A stretch of 59,797 nucleotides of DNA from an uncultured Candidatus Saccharibacteria bacterium (GCA_964390265.1 CAYMHI010000005.1:1-59797), one strand, 5' to 3'. Shown: positions 49,631-57,625, counted from the first letter of the stretch. Program-made: numbers and translations. Notes: generated by a model not told the origin, from the letters alone.

Positions 49631-49702
49631 GTTGTAATATTTAGCATGTTAGTATATAAATACTTGTAGTACCTTCAGCCTATCTTCAAAGGAGAATCTG
49701 TT

Positions 49703-50014
49703 ATGTCGGTAATGCAACTCACCATATTTGCATTCGGTGACGTGGCTATGGCTTGTATGGCCATTGCGGCGTATGCCGCGGTTGGCCAATACCGTGCCAA
49801 CAAAAACGAAACAGCAAGATTGATGGTAATTTATCACCTAATATTCTTGGCCATCGTATTTGTAGCATTTGGCTACCTTCAGGCCGTCAACACTCACTGG
49901 TATTGGCTGGTGATTTTGCTTCTGAGTTTTGCCTTTGCTGTAAGGGTTCAGGTGGATATGTACCAAGCAAGGCGCCACCAGGAGCCATTTCAGCATCTCT
50001 GGCCAATCAAGTAG
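49703..50014 (+). CDS. Small 3-TM membrane protein (ORFan cassette)
   Basis: AAAGGAG SD, hydrophobic helices, terminator at 50024-50053. Confidence 0.65.
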   Translation: MSVMQLTIFAFGDVAMACMAIAAYAAVGQYRANKNETARLMVIYHLIFLAIVFVAFGYLQAVNTHWYWLVILLLSFAFAVRVQVDMYQARRHQEPFQHLWPIK

Positions 50015-50023
50015 TGCGCACTC

Positions 50024-50053
50024 ATCCTATCAACTGTAGTTGATAGGATTTTT
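50024..50053 (+). terminator. Intrinsic terminator
   Basis: ATCCTATCAAC-TGTA-GTTGATAGGAT-TTTT. Confidence 0.8.
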
Positions 50054-50110
50054 CTTGATAAAATGATGTAAATTTGGTAAAATTATCAGGTTAGCCAATA
50101 TTCATTTCAC

Positions 50111-50187
50111 GGGCTCGTGGTGTAGAGGCCTAACACGCCTCCCTGTCACGGAGGAGATCGCCGGTTCAAATCCGGTCGGGCCCGCCA
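50111..50187 (+). tRNA. tRNA-Asp(GTC)
   Basis: GGGCTCG acceptor stem, CCTCC-CTGTCAC-GGAGG anticodon arm, GGTTCAAATCC T-arm, G73-CCA. Confidence 0.95.
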
Positions 50188-50228
50188 AAGAAAGTGCCTC
50201 AGCAAAGCTGGGGTATTTTCTTTGGCGA
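50183..50228 (+). terminator. Long hairpin overlapping the tRNA-Asp 3' end
   Basis: CGCCAAAGAAAGTGCCTCAGC-AAA-GCTGGGGTATTTTCTTTGGCG. Confidence 0.6.
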
Positions 50229-50387
50229 AGTTTGTTTTGATTTTGACCTTGCTAAGCCGATTAGACAGATGCATAGCATTCTGTCGCTATCCAGTTCGAG
50301 CCTGTATTTTAACTGTTGCAGGGGGAAGGTAGGCGAACAGCAGGTTGGGCTGAATATATTTAAGCTATCTAATAGGGCTTACAATTA

Positions 50388-50416
50388 TTGACTAATTTTA
50401 ATATATACTTTATCAT
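50388..50416 (+). promoter_or_regulatory. sigma70 promoter of ORFan 50451
   Basis: TTGACT-17-TATCAT. Confidence 0.65.
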
Positions 50417-50421
50417 ATTTA

Positions 50422-50463
50422 CGTCCACAGTACCTACTTAAGGAGAACTTTTGCCTACCATCA
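50422..50463 (+). repeat. Shared 42-nt leader/start module, copy 1
   Basis: 37/42 identical to 51528-51569. Confidence 0.85.
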
Positions 50464-50891
50464 TAACGTTGTGTCAGCGAAGCTGGCAACCACCAGACGA
50501 AGGTGTTGTGACTGGCCAAGCAACGACAACTGTCGCGATGACAGAGTGGGTGATGGAACTCACCCCGGGCATCATCAATAGCTACGATGCACGAGATGGT
50601 GTTGATGAGATTGCGCATGATCAGGTATGGGCTTACTATCCACTCATGCACAGACCCACCAACGGTGCCGATGTACTCATTGTGGCTAGGGTTCCAGATG
50701 TTGATCTGAGCTTTGCTGATAGAGAATGTCGCCGCAAGTACTTCAGAGACGCTTACCGCCACGAGCTCAGGTATCAGCTACGGAGCAATAATGATCACCT
50801 AATCATGCCCCATTGGGAGATCGAAGTAATTCCCGAGCTCTCTAGCGGATACGGGCACAACTTCTACCTAGGTGTAGAATACAGCTGGTAA
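50451..50891 (+). CDS. Hypothetical protein (146 aa, ORFan cassette)
   Basis: AAGGAG SD, TTG start, own promoter and 3' hairpin. Confidence 0.7.
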   Translation: MPTIITLCQRSWQPPDEGVVTGQATTTVAMTEWVMELTPGIINSYDARDGVDEIAHDQVWAYYPLMHRPTNGADVLIVARVPDVDLSFADRECRRKYFRDAYRHELRYQLRSNNDHLIMPHWEIEVIPELSSGYGHNFYLGVEYSW

Positions 50892-50898
50892 TTATCAA

Positions 50899-50956
50899 GC
50901 CCCTCCGGGCTCTTCACTCATAGGAGTGGGGAGGTTCCCGCGAGGGGCCTCTTCAT
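50899..50956 (+). repeat. Conserved 3' hairpin element, copy 1
   Basis: GCCCCT..GGGCTC..CACTC-loop-GAGTG..GAG....AGGGGC-CTCTTCAT; homologous to 51382-51440. Confidence 0.8.
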
Positions 50957-51091
50957 ATCTGAAAACATAATGATTGTAACTGTAAGTTGTTAAATATTGA
51001 TTTTAATATAAATTTATGCTAATATAGTGTGCGTTCTCAAAAAGAGAACACTCCTGCCCAACAGACCAACTAGTTAAAGGAGGTTAGCGCA

Positions 51092-51376
51092 GTGAAGCTA
51101 ATCCGACTTCCAGACCCCACGCCCGATATGTGGATTGGTGATTTCACACAGATCATGAGAGCCACTTCAGGCGGTATTTGTGCCACTCCCAAAAACCCTC
51201 AGTTCGGGAACTTCTGGGCCGATCGCCCATGCTCGGTCTTTCAGCACAAATGGCGAACTCTTGCTGTAACTGAAACCGACACTCAGTGGCCCCGTCGAAT
51301 CAACCGGTGCCAGCGTTGCGGGTCACAGGTTCATCAGGACATTACGGTTTCGCCCCCACGGCGAGGCAGTATCTAA
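51092..51376 (+). CDS. Hypothetical protein with a CxxC motif (94 aa, ORFan cassette)
   Basis: AAAGGAGG SD, GTG start, promoter TTGATT-17-TAATAT at 50997-51025. Confidence 0.65.
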   Translation: MKLIRLPDPTPDMWIGDFTQIMRATSGGICATPKNPQFGNFWADRPCSVFQHKWRTLAVTETDTQWPRRINRCQRCGSQVHQDITVSPPRRGSI

Positions 51377-51381
51377 CAACT

Positions 51382-51440
51382 GCCCCTGCGGGCTCAACAC
51401 TCAATTCAAGTGAGTGAAGAGCTCAAAGGGGCTTCTTCAT
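51382..51440 (+). repeat. Conserved 3' hairpin element, copy 2
   Basis: GCCCCTGCGGGCTCAACACTCA-ATTCAAG-TGAGTGAAGAGCTCAAAGGGGC-TTCTTCAT. Confidence 0.8.
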
Positions 51441-51493
51441 GTTTATATTATTTTAAGATAGTTCAGCAATCCGTCTCGATAGCCCGCCCATTA

Positions 51494-51522
51494 TTGACAT
51501 ATATTTGTAATTGCTCTACTAT
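51494..51522 (+). promoter_or_regulatory. sigma70 promoter of ORFan 51557
   Basis: TTGACA-17-TACTAT. Confidence 0.7.
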
Positions 51523-51527
51523 ATGGT

Positions 51528-51569
51528 CGTCCATAGAACCTACTTAGGGAGAACCATTGCCTACCATCA
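51528..51569 (+). repeat. Shared 42-nt leader/start module, copy 2
   Basis: 37/42 identical to 50422-50463. Confidence 0.85.
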
Positions 51570-51913
51570 ACTACGGTAAAATAATCGATAAAGTTCATTT
51601 TCTCGAACCCAACGAAACTGTGTTTTATACTGTATTGAAAAGTGGGCGTCGAGTATTTATTACCTACAACGGTTTCAACAGCAATCCTCTAGATCCCTAT
51701 GAGTCTGATGGAGAACGTATATACTACACCAAGCTGTATGAAGTTTTCGCTCCAGCCAACCTAGAAGACAGCGAGCGGGAGGAAGTGGAGGCACTATTGG
51801 ATCGTTACAAGAAACTCGAGGTTTTTGTTGCTGCGGTTGAGACTAGAGAGCTCAGGCTTGTCGCTCTCGATGCACCTGTTCCGTGGTTGGCAAACTCTCC
51901 GGCCTGTCGCTAG
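51557..51913 (+). CDS. Hypothetical protein (118 aa, ORFan cassette)
   Basis: GGGAG SD, TTG start, 3' hairpin CCCGAGGCTCTA...TAGAGAGCCTCGGG plus T-tract at about 51927-51980. Confidence 0.7.
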   Translation: MPTINYGKIIDKVHFLEPNETVFYTVLKSGRRVFITYNGFNSNPLDPYESDGERIYYTKLYEVFAPANLEDSEREEVEALLDRYKKLEVFVAAVETRELRLVALDAPVPWLANSPACR

Positions 51914-52103
51914 CCCCACAACTGCTCCCGAGGCTCTATATTTGCTTTTAATGCATCTAGAGAGCCTCGGGGGATTTTTTATAACCGCATAGATTGTTTA
52001 TTAGTTGACAATACTATAATAATAGTATAATATCATGTAGTTCTGAGTTTCTCAGAAGATCTTCACATCCAAATACAACCACTCCTAAAGGACGGTGCAT
52101 CAA

Positions 52104-52814
52104 ATGATTGCGTCAACCGAACCTCAATTTCTATACCCGAAGTCCCGCCAGTATCCATTCGATGAGGTATGCGAGCAGATTGTTCGCGCTCTCGAAGAGC
52201 GCGGCTGGGATGTTCCTGGCCTCACCATCAACTTTGGTGTGTATGGTGGTGAAGCAGAGAAATACCGTCTGGTTCGCTCAATTGTTGGCGACGACTTCGT
52301 TTTGCACTTTGGCCGCCCGCAAGGACGACTAGGGCGCTACAACGATACGGCTGCAATCAGCGATATCAAAATTCCTCGTAAAGAGATCCATGTTTACGAG
52401 GATAACTCTGGCCCAAGCCTCTACGTTTACGTTGGCCGAAACTGGGCTAAGGACAAGCAGCGCTTCTTCGGTAGCCTAAAGGTTAACAGCAAGCTTCATG
52501 GCGAGCCTCGTCTGTACCTCTGGTACAAAGGTGGCTGCAACTGCCAGAGCGCCCGAGGTGCGAGCTTTGAGGCCACCGGTTTTTTGACGGCTACCTTAGC
52601 GGGTGACGCAAAGGCTTTGGCAGCAATGAGCCATACCCATCCCGGGCGCCTTGCCCCATTGCTCATCGCCAATAGCGATCTTGGTAGGGAATACTCACCA
52701 AAGGGCAAAGAGCCTGTTAGCTATACAACTGAAGAGGTATTTGCCGAGTTCACTCAGTACCTCAGAGATGCAGTACTGAGGATGATCTTGGCGGCACCTT
52801 TGTTTAGCTCGTAA
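52104..52814 (+). CDS. Hypothetical protein (about 236 aa, ORFan cassette)
   Basis: Promoter TTGACA at 52005; leader hairpin TTCTGAG-TTT-CTCAGAA. ORF open from GTG 52095; ATG 52104 is the likelier start. Confidence 0.75.
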   Translation: MIASTEPQFLYPKSRQYPFDEVCEQIVRALEERGWDVPGLTINFGVYGGEAEKYRLVRSIVGDDFVLHFGRPQGRLGRYNDTAAISDIKIPRKEIHVYEDNSGPSLYVYVGRNWAKDKQRFFGSLKVNSKLHGEPRLYLWYKGGCNCQSARGASFEATGFLTATLAGDAKALAAMSHTHPGRLAPLLIANSDLGREYSPKGKEPVSYTTEEVFAEFTQYLRDAVLRMILAAPLFSS

Positions 52815-52849
52815 GATAGTCACTAGAGGCTGTTTTGAAGGATGTGGCA

Positions 52850-52894
52850 CCGCCCCGTGTTATTAGCACGGGGTGGCCCACCCCAAGATTTCAA
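52850..52894 (+). repeat. GC-rich 3' hairpin with a tail shared with the 38501-38550 element
   Basis: CCGCCCCGTG/CACGGGGTGG stem, then GGCCCACCCCAAGATTTCAA. Confidence 0.55.
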
Positions 52895-53088
52895 ATTATT
52901 TGAAGTTTTAGGTTGGGAGATGATTTTGACTATAGACTACCTGCAGTGCCTTTGTGGGGTCCGTTTATTGCATCTTATTCTTATTAATAATCATAAATAT
53001 TTAACTATTCATATTATATTATTGTATATTTATAAAAAAAGTGATATTATATGTTTCGACCCAATTGTTCCTACCAAGAGAGGCAAAC

Positions 53089-53850
53089 ATGTATATATTG
53101 CTTACAGCTTTTTTGATAACAGTGTGTATAGTAATGCACGAAGCTGGCCATGCATATTGCATGAAGATCCATGGGATACAAATCAAGAGAGCGGGCCTGG
53201 GTTTTGGTCCAGGCATTAAGGTATTCTCAAAAAGGCTAGGTTACCCCATAAAATTTGGGATTATTTTGCTAGGTGCATTCGTAGAACCACAAGATGGAGA
53301 AATGAATCGCCTCAAAACTATGCCATACAGAGTGCAGGCCGAGATTTATGGCGCTGGTGTAATTGCCAATATCGTATTTAGTATGGCTATTGCAGTATCT
53401 CTAAATACGCTAGCCGTTTTACAAGGAGATCTGTCTGGCGGCATTTTCTTAAGTATTGCAATATTTGCAGCACTAGCAGCTTTAGCTTGGTTTAAACGTT
53501 GTTTTTTTTCTATGTACTTGACGCCAGTTATAGGTATGTTATTCCTGGCTTTTCTAGTATATATTCTGTTTTTTAACAGCACGCCAAACAGCTCAGAAGT
53601 GTCAGGTCCTGGCGGTATTGTAGAAATTGTTGGTATGGCCAATTCTTTTGAGTACGGCATGATTATTGCAATGGTCATATCTATCAATATAGCACTCTTC
53701 AATATGTTGCCGTTTGTGCCTCTTGATGGTGGTAGAATATGCTCGGCTCTAGTTCGGCAATACAGCAATAGTATTGCTATTATTTTTGAGGGGGTAAGCC
53801 TGGCAAGCTTCATCGGGCTAATTGCCTACATCTTTATCGTTAATTTCTAA
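53089..53850 (+). CDS. Site-2 protease (M50 family) zinc metalloprotease, no PDZ domain
   Basis: HEAGH (HExxH), GAFVE, AG...N and FNMLPFVPLDGG motifs. Start at ATG 53089 after GAGAGG. Confidence 0.88.
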   Translation: MYILLTAFLITVCIVMHEAGHAYCMKIHGIQIKRAGLGFGPGIKVFSKRLGYPIKFGIILLGAFVEPQDGEMNRLKTMPYRVQAEIYGAGVIANIVFSMAIAVSLNTLAVLQGDLSGGIFLSIAIFAALAALAWFKRCFFSMYLTPVIGMLFLAFLVYILFFNSTPNSSEVSGPGGIVEIVGMANSFEYGMIIAMVISINIALFNMLPFVPLDGGRICSALVRQYSNSIAIIFEGVSLASFIGLIAYIFIVNF

Positions 53851-54021
53851 AATTACAACCGCTAGTAAAATAGCGGTTTTTTTAATATAAAAAAGCATAA
53901 GAATCTTATTGACTTTTGAATAACTATTTGATACGATAAGGGTAACTTCAGAGGTGAAGCCAGATAAGATTTTAATAAATCAAAACAAAAAATAATATAA
54001 AAACAAAAAGGAGGGCAACTA

Positions 54022-54267
54022 ATGCAAGTTGCAATGCTAACATATTATCAAGTCACCAGACCACGCAAGGTAAAGGTGAGGGTGGTTAAGGCACACGATC
54101 AAGTGCCTTATTTGGGTAGCGAAAACGTACTAGATATTCGCTCAATCTCGCAAAAAGGCAAGACTAAGTTTGGTAGATCGTTTTTCTTAAGCCCTAATGA
54201 ACGTAAAATAACCGAGTATGAAGCTTGGCAAAAGCTTTCTAAACGGCTTCAAAAGCGTATTCCTTAA
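54022..54267 (+). CDS. Small basic hypothetical protein (81 aa, ORFan cassette)
   Basis: AAGGAGG SD; promoter TTGACT-17-TACGAT at 53909-53937; terminator at about 54308-54350. Confidence 0.6.
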   Translation: MQVAMLTYYQVTRPRKVKVRVVKAHDQVPYLGSENVLDIRSISQKGKTKFGRSFFLSPNERKITEYEAWQKLSKRLQKRIP

Positions 54268-54368
54268 ATACACACCATACAATCAATCTAACCTGAAATA
54301 TGGTAAAATATGAGTTGCTTTACAAAGATAGTGAGTAGCTCATATTTTTTTGTGTAAATATTTAGTAC

Positions 54369-54444
54369 GCCACCTTAGCTCAGTTGGTAGAGCGATGCTT
54401 TCGTAAAGCATAGGTCGCCGGTTCAATCCCGGCAGGTGGCTCCA
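54369..54444 (+). tRNA. tRNA-Thr(CGT)
   Basis: GCCACCT/AGGTGGC acceptor stem, ATGCT-TTCGTAA-AGCAT anticodon arm, GGTTCAATCCC T-arm, T73-CCA. Confidence 0.95.
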
Positions 54445-54499
54445 TACTACCCTAAATAGCGGTATTTTAAGTAACAAACCAGGGCTACCTAGAGCGTTA

Positions 54500-54913
54500 A
54501 TGAGGTATAATAACAACTATATTGGCATGCAGACACTAAAAAAAATTAAATCTGAATTATCTGGTCACAATTTCTTCAAGGATGGGTGGCTACTTGGCTT
54601 TGTAGTGCTTATTGTGGTTGCCGATAGCTTCTTAATGATCTGGTCGGTTAGTCATATACATCGCTCTAGCATTGAATTGCCGGTTAGATTTACATCACTG
54701 TCCAATTTCGACCAGCTGGGCCCCTGGTACCAAATCTACCAGATACCTGCAATTGCTATTATGGTGACTATAATTAATGTATTTTTAGCTATCTTGTTAC
54801 ACAGAAAAAACCGCATACTTAGCATTTTCTTGTTAATTTCTGCACTGATGGTGTCAATTTTAGCTATTGCAATTTTACTTGGCTTTACGGTTATAAAATA
54901 TGGCACAAACTAA
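54500..54913 (+). CDS. Membrane protein (3 TM), first gene of the glycosyltransferase operon
   Basis: TM - LPVRFT.....D.LG.WY..Y - TM - TM; overlaps the next gene. Confidence 0.65.
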   Translation: MRYNNNYIGMQTLKKIKSELSGHNFFKDGWLLGFVVLIVVADSFLMIWSVSHIHRSSIELPVRFTSLSNFDQLGPWYQIYQIPAIAIMVTIINVFLAILLHRKNRILSIFLLISALMVSILAIAILLGFTVIKYGTN

Positions 54914-56564
54914 GACTATAAATATCTCAAAACCTGAGCGATTTGCAGACACGCATACTTTTTATCGTATTTTTGAAATATTACCAGGTTTAGTTACCTG
55001 GATATTTTTACTAAGCCCTATTTACTTGAGTTTTTTGTGGCCAATTGCTGTGGCTTATTTTATAATCGCCTTCGATCTGTTCTGGCTACTCAAATCTGTA
55101 CGTATGAGCTATTCACTAGTATTGGGCTATAGAAAAATGCGCGAAACCGAGGTGATTGATTGGAGCGCTCGCTTGCTTCAGCTTGACAATCTAGAACCTA
55201 CTCTAGCGCACGCTCAAGATAGATTAGCTCACTCATTGACAAGAAACGCCTCAAAGACCCACATAAAAAGCTTAAAGAGTGAAGTTGAACGTCTCAAATT
55301 ATTGCTTGAACACAAGTCTACTAATATATCGCCCAAAGAAATCTATCATCTGGTGATAATGCCGCTATACAACGAGCCGATCGAGATTATTCGTCCGGCT
55401 ATGAAGGCCTTAATAGACTCTGAGTACGACAACAAAAAAATTATTTTTGTATTTAGTTATGAAGAAAGAGGGGGTGCTACAACCAAACAAACAGCTCTTA
55501 ATCTAGAAAAGGAATATAGCAAACACTTTGGGCAGTATATTACTTACTGCCACCCCGATAATGTTGTTGGTGAGCTTAAAGGTAAAGGCGCAAATATATC
55601 ATTTGCAGCCAAAAAAGTGCTTAAACAAATTAAGAAAAACAAAATAGATCCAAGTAATGTAATAATTACTACAATTGATTGCGACCATCGAGTGCACCAC
55701 CAGTATTTTAGCCGTTTAACCTACGCTTATTGTATTAATCCCAATAGAAAACACAGCTCTTTTCAGCCGCTGGCACTATTTAACAACAACATTTGGGATG
55801 TGCCAGCCCCAATGCGCGTGATAGCCACCAGCAATTCTTTTTGGGTCATGATAGAAAGTGTGCGCCAAGGTCGACTGCGTAATTTTGCCTCGCACGCTCA
55901 GAGCTTAGATGCCCTTATAGACACTGATTTTTGGTCTGTTACTAGCCCAGTTGAGGACGGCCACCAGTTTTATCGCAGTTATTTTGCCTTTAACGGAGAC
56001 TATATGGTAGAACCGCTATTTCTGCCTATCTACCAAGATGCTGTATTGGCGCGCAATTATCGCCGCACTTTTATAGCTCAATTCAAGCAATTGCAAAGAT
56101 GGGCTTACGGAGTAAGCGATTTCCCATATGTTGTAAAAAACTCTGTAATAAATACCAATATTCCCTGGAGCAACAAACTACTGCAAATTGGCCGATTGTT
56201 TGAAGGGCACTTTAGTTGGGCCACAGCACCACTAATCCTTACCTTTGCAGCATGGACACCACTTTTTCTTAATGCTTCATTTAATAGGCAGGCTATAGCA
56301 CACCAGCTACCTATTGTGGCCTCTAATATTCTCACTATAGCCATGGTGGGCCTTATAGTGACTATCTGGATAAGTTTTATCATGCTACCCAAACGCCCCG
56401 AACATATTAAGCGTCATAGAATAATTTATATGGTGTTACAGTGGGTACTGGTGCCAATTACTGCGATAGTATTTGGTGCATTTGCCGCCATAAGTGCACA
56501 GACTAGATTGATGTTTGGGCGCTACTTAGGCTTTGTAGTGACCGAAAAGGCGGTAAAAAAGTGA
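54900..56564 (+). CDS. Membrane-bound family 2 glycosyltransferase (processive, cellulose-synthase-like)
   Basis: MP.YNE, KGKG.N, IDCD (DxD), EDG and Q..RW (FKQLQRWAYG) motifs; flanking TM helices. Confidence 0.88.
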   Translation: MAQTKTINISKPERFADTHTFYRIFEILPGLVTWIFLLSPIYLSFLWPIAVAYFIIAFDLFWLLKSVRMSYSLVLGYRKMRETEVIDWSARLLQLDNLEPTLAHAQDRLAHSLTRNASKTHIKSLKSEVERLKLLLEHKSTNISPKEIYHLVIMPLYNEPIEIIRPAMKALIDSEYDNKKIIFVFSYEERGGATTKQTALNLEKEYSKHFGQYITYCHPDNVVGELKGKGANISFAAKKVLKQIKKNKIDPSNVIITTIDCDHRVHHQYFSRLTYAYCINPNRKHSSFQPLALFNNNIWDVPAPMRVIATSNSFWVMIESVRQGRLRNFASHAQSLDALIDTDFWSVTSPVEDGHQFYRSYFAFNGDYMVEPLFLPIYQDAVLARNYRRTFIAQFKQLQRWAYGVSDFPYVVKNSVINTNIPWSNKLLQIGRLFEGHFSWATAPLILTFAAWTPLFLNASFNRQAIAHQLPIVASNILTIAMVGLIVTIWISFIMLPKRPEHIKRHRIIYMVLQWVLVPITAIVFGAFAAISAQTRLMFGRYLGFVVTEKAVKK

Positions 56565-57625
56565 GATATTTAATCGCTCTTATTGCGAGTTTTGGCCTTG
56601 CGGTATTGTTTGTACCGCTGGCCAAAAAAGTTGCATTTAAGGTGGGTGCGGTAGATATGCCGCAAGAAAATAGCCGCAAAATCCACACCAAGACAATGGC
56701 CAGAGGCGGCGGCGTGGCAATTTACTTAGCCTTTTTAGTCACCACCTTTATTATGATTAGTCAGCACAATTTGCAGTATTGGGGGCTTATTGTGGCTAGC
56801 ACAATCGTGCTGGTACTAGGCTATGTAGACGATATCAAGAGCCAAAAACCTTGGTTAAAACTATCTTTTCAGGTGCTGGCAGCTATTATTGCCTTTAGCA
56901 TTTTTGGTATACGAATTGAAGCCGTTACCAATCCTATTGGTGGCCAAAGTTTTGTGTTTACCGATCCAACACTAAGCATTAGCGTATTGAGCCACATAGT
57001 TAGTATTAACTTGATTGCGTTGTTTTTCACCACGCTTTGGCTAGTAGGTATGACCAACACAATGAATTTTGTTGATGGCATAGATGGTTTATCTGGTGGA
57101 ATAGCTGCCATTGCTGCGGTGGTAATGTTTTTCTTAGCTCTTAGTCCAGAAGTCAATCAAAACCAAACGGCACTAATATCTATTGCTTTGGCTGGTGGCT
57201 GTATGGGTTATTTGGTGTACAATTTTCACCCCGCCAAAATATTTAATGGCGATTCAGGAGCGTATTTTTTGGGAATGAGTCTGGGTATAATAGCTATTTT
57301 CTCTGGTGGTAAACTGGCTACCGCTGCATTGGTACTAGGGGTACCTATTATCGATGCGGTATGGGCAGCATTAAGACGTATTTTAAGCGGCCGATCACCA
57401 TTTACGGCCGACAGAGGCCACCTACACTTTTTATTACTAGATGTAGGCTTCTCACAGCGTCAAGCCGCACTTATTATTTACGCTCTTTGTATTACCTTTG
57501 GAGTTATAGCTCTTATCGCATCACCAACTCAAAAAATAGTTGCTATTTTTTCGTTAGTGGTGCTATTAATGTTAATATTTTTGTTGTTATCTTTGGTTAT
57601 CAAGCGCAAGCGCAGCCTTTCTTGA
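56561..57625 (+). CDS. Undecaprenyl-phosphate alpha-GlcNAc-1-phosphate transferase (WecA/TagO/MraY family)
   Basis: RKIH, GG.AIY, LGYVDD, NTMNFVDGIDGL, NFHPAKIF.GD.G and DRGHLH motifs. Confidence 0.9.
   Translation: MRYLIALIASFGLAVLFVPLAKKVAFKVGAVDMPQENSRKIHTKTMARGGGVAIYLAFLVTTFIMISQHNLQYWGLIVASTIVLVLGYVDDIKSQKPWLKLSFQVLAAIIAFSIFGIRIEAVTNPIGGQSFVFTDPTLSISVLSHIVSINLIALFFTTLWLVGMTNTMNFVDGIDGLSGGIAAIAAVVMFFLALSPEVNQNQTALISIALAGGCMGYLVYNFHPAKIFNGDSGAYFLGMSLGIIAIFSGGKLATAALVLGVPIIDAVWAALRRILSGRSPFTADRGHLHFLLLDVGFSQRQAALIIYALCITFGVIALIASPTQKIVAIFSLVVLLMLIFLLLSLVIKRKRSLS

Noticed and set aside
52842-53219. 125-aa ORF, and the upstream GTG extension of the M50 protease
   Set aside because: It runs through a hairpin and an AT-rich promoter, overlaps the protease out of frame and has no SD. 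The protease start at 53089 has an SD and a promoter.
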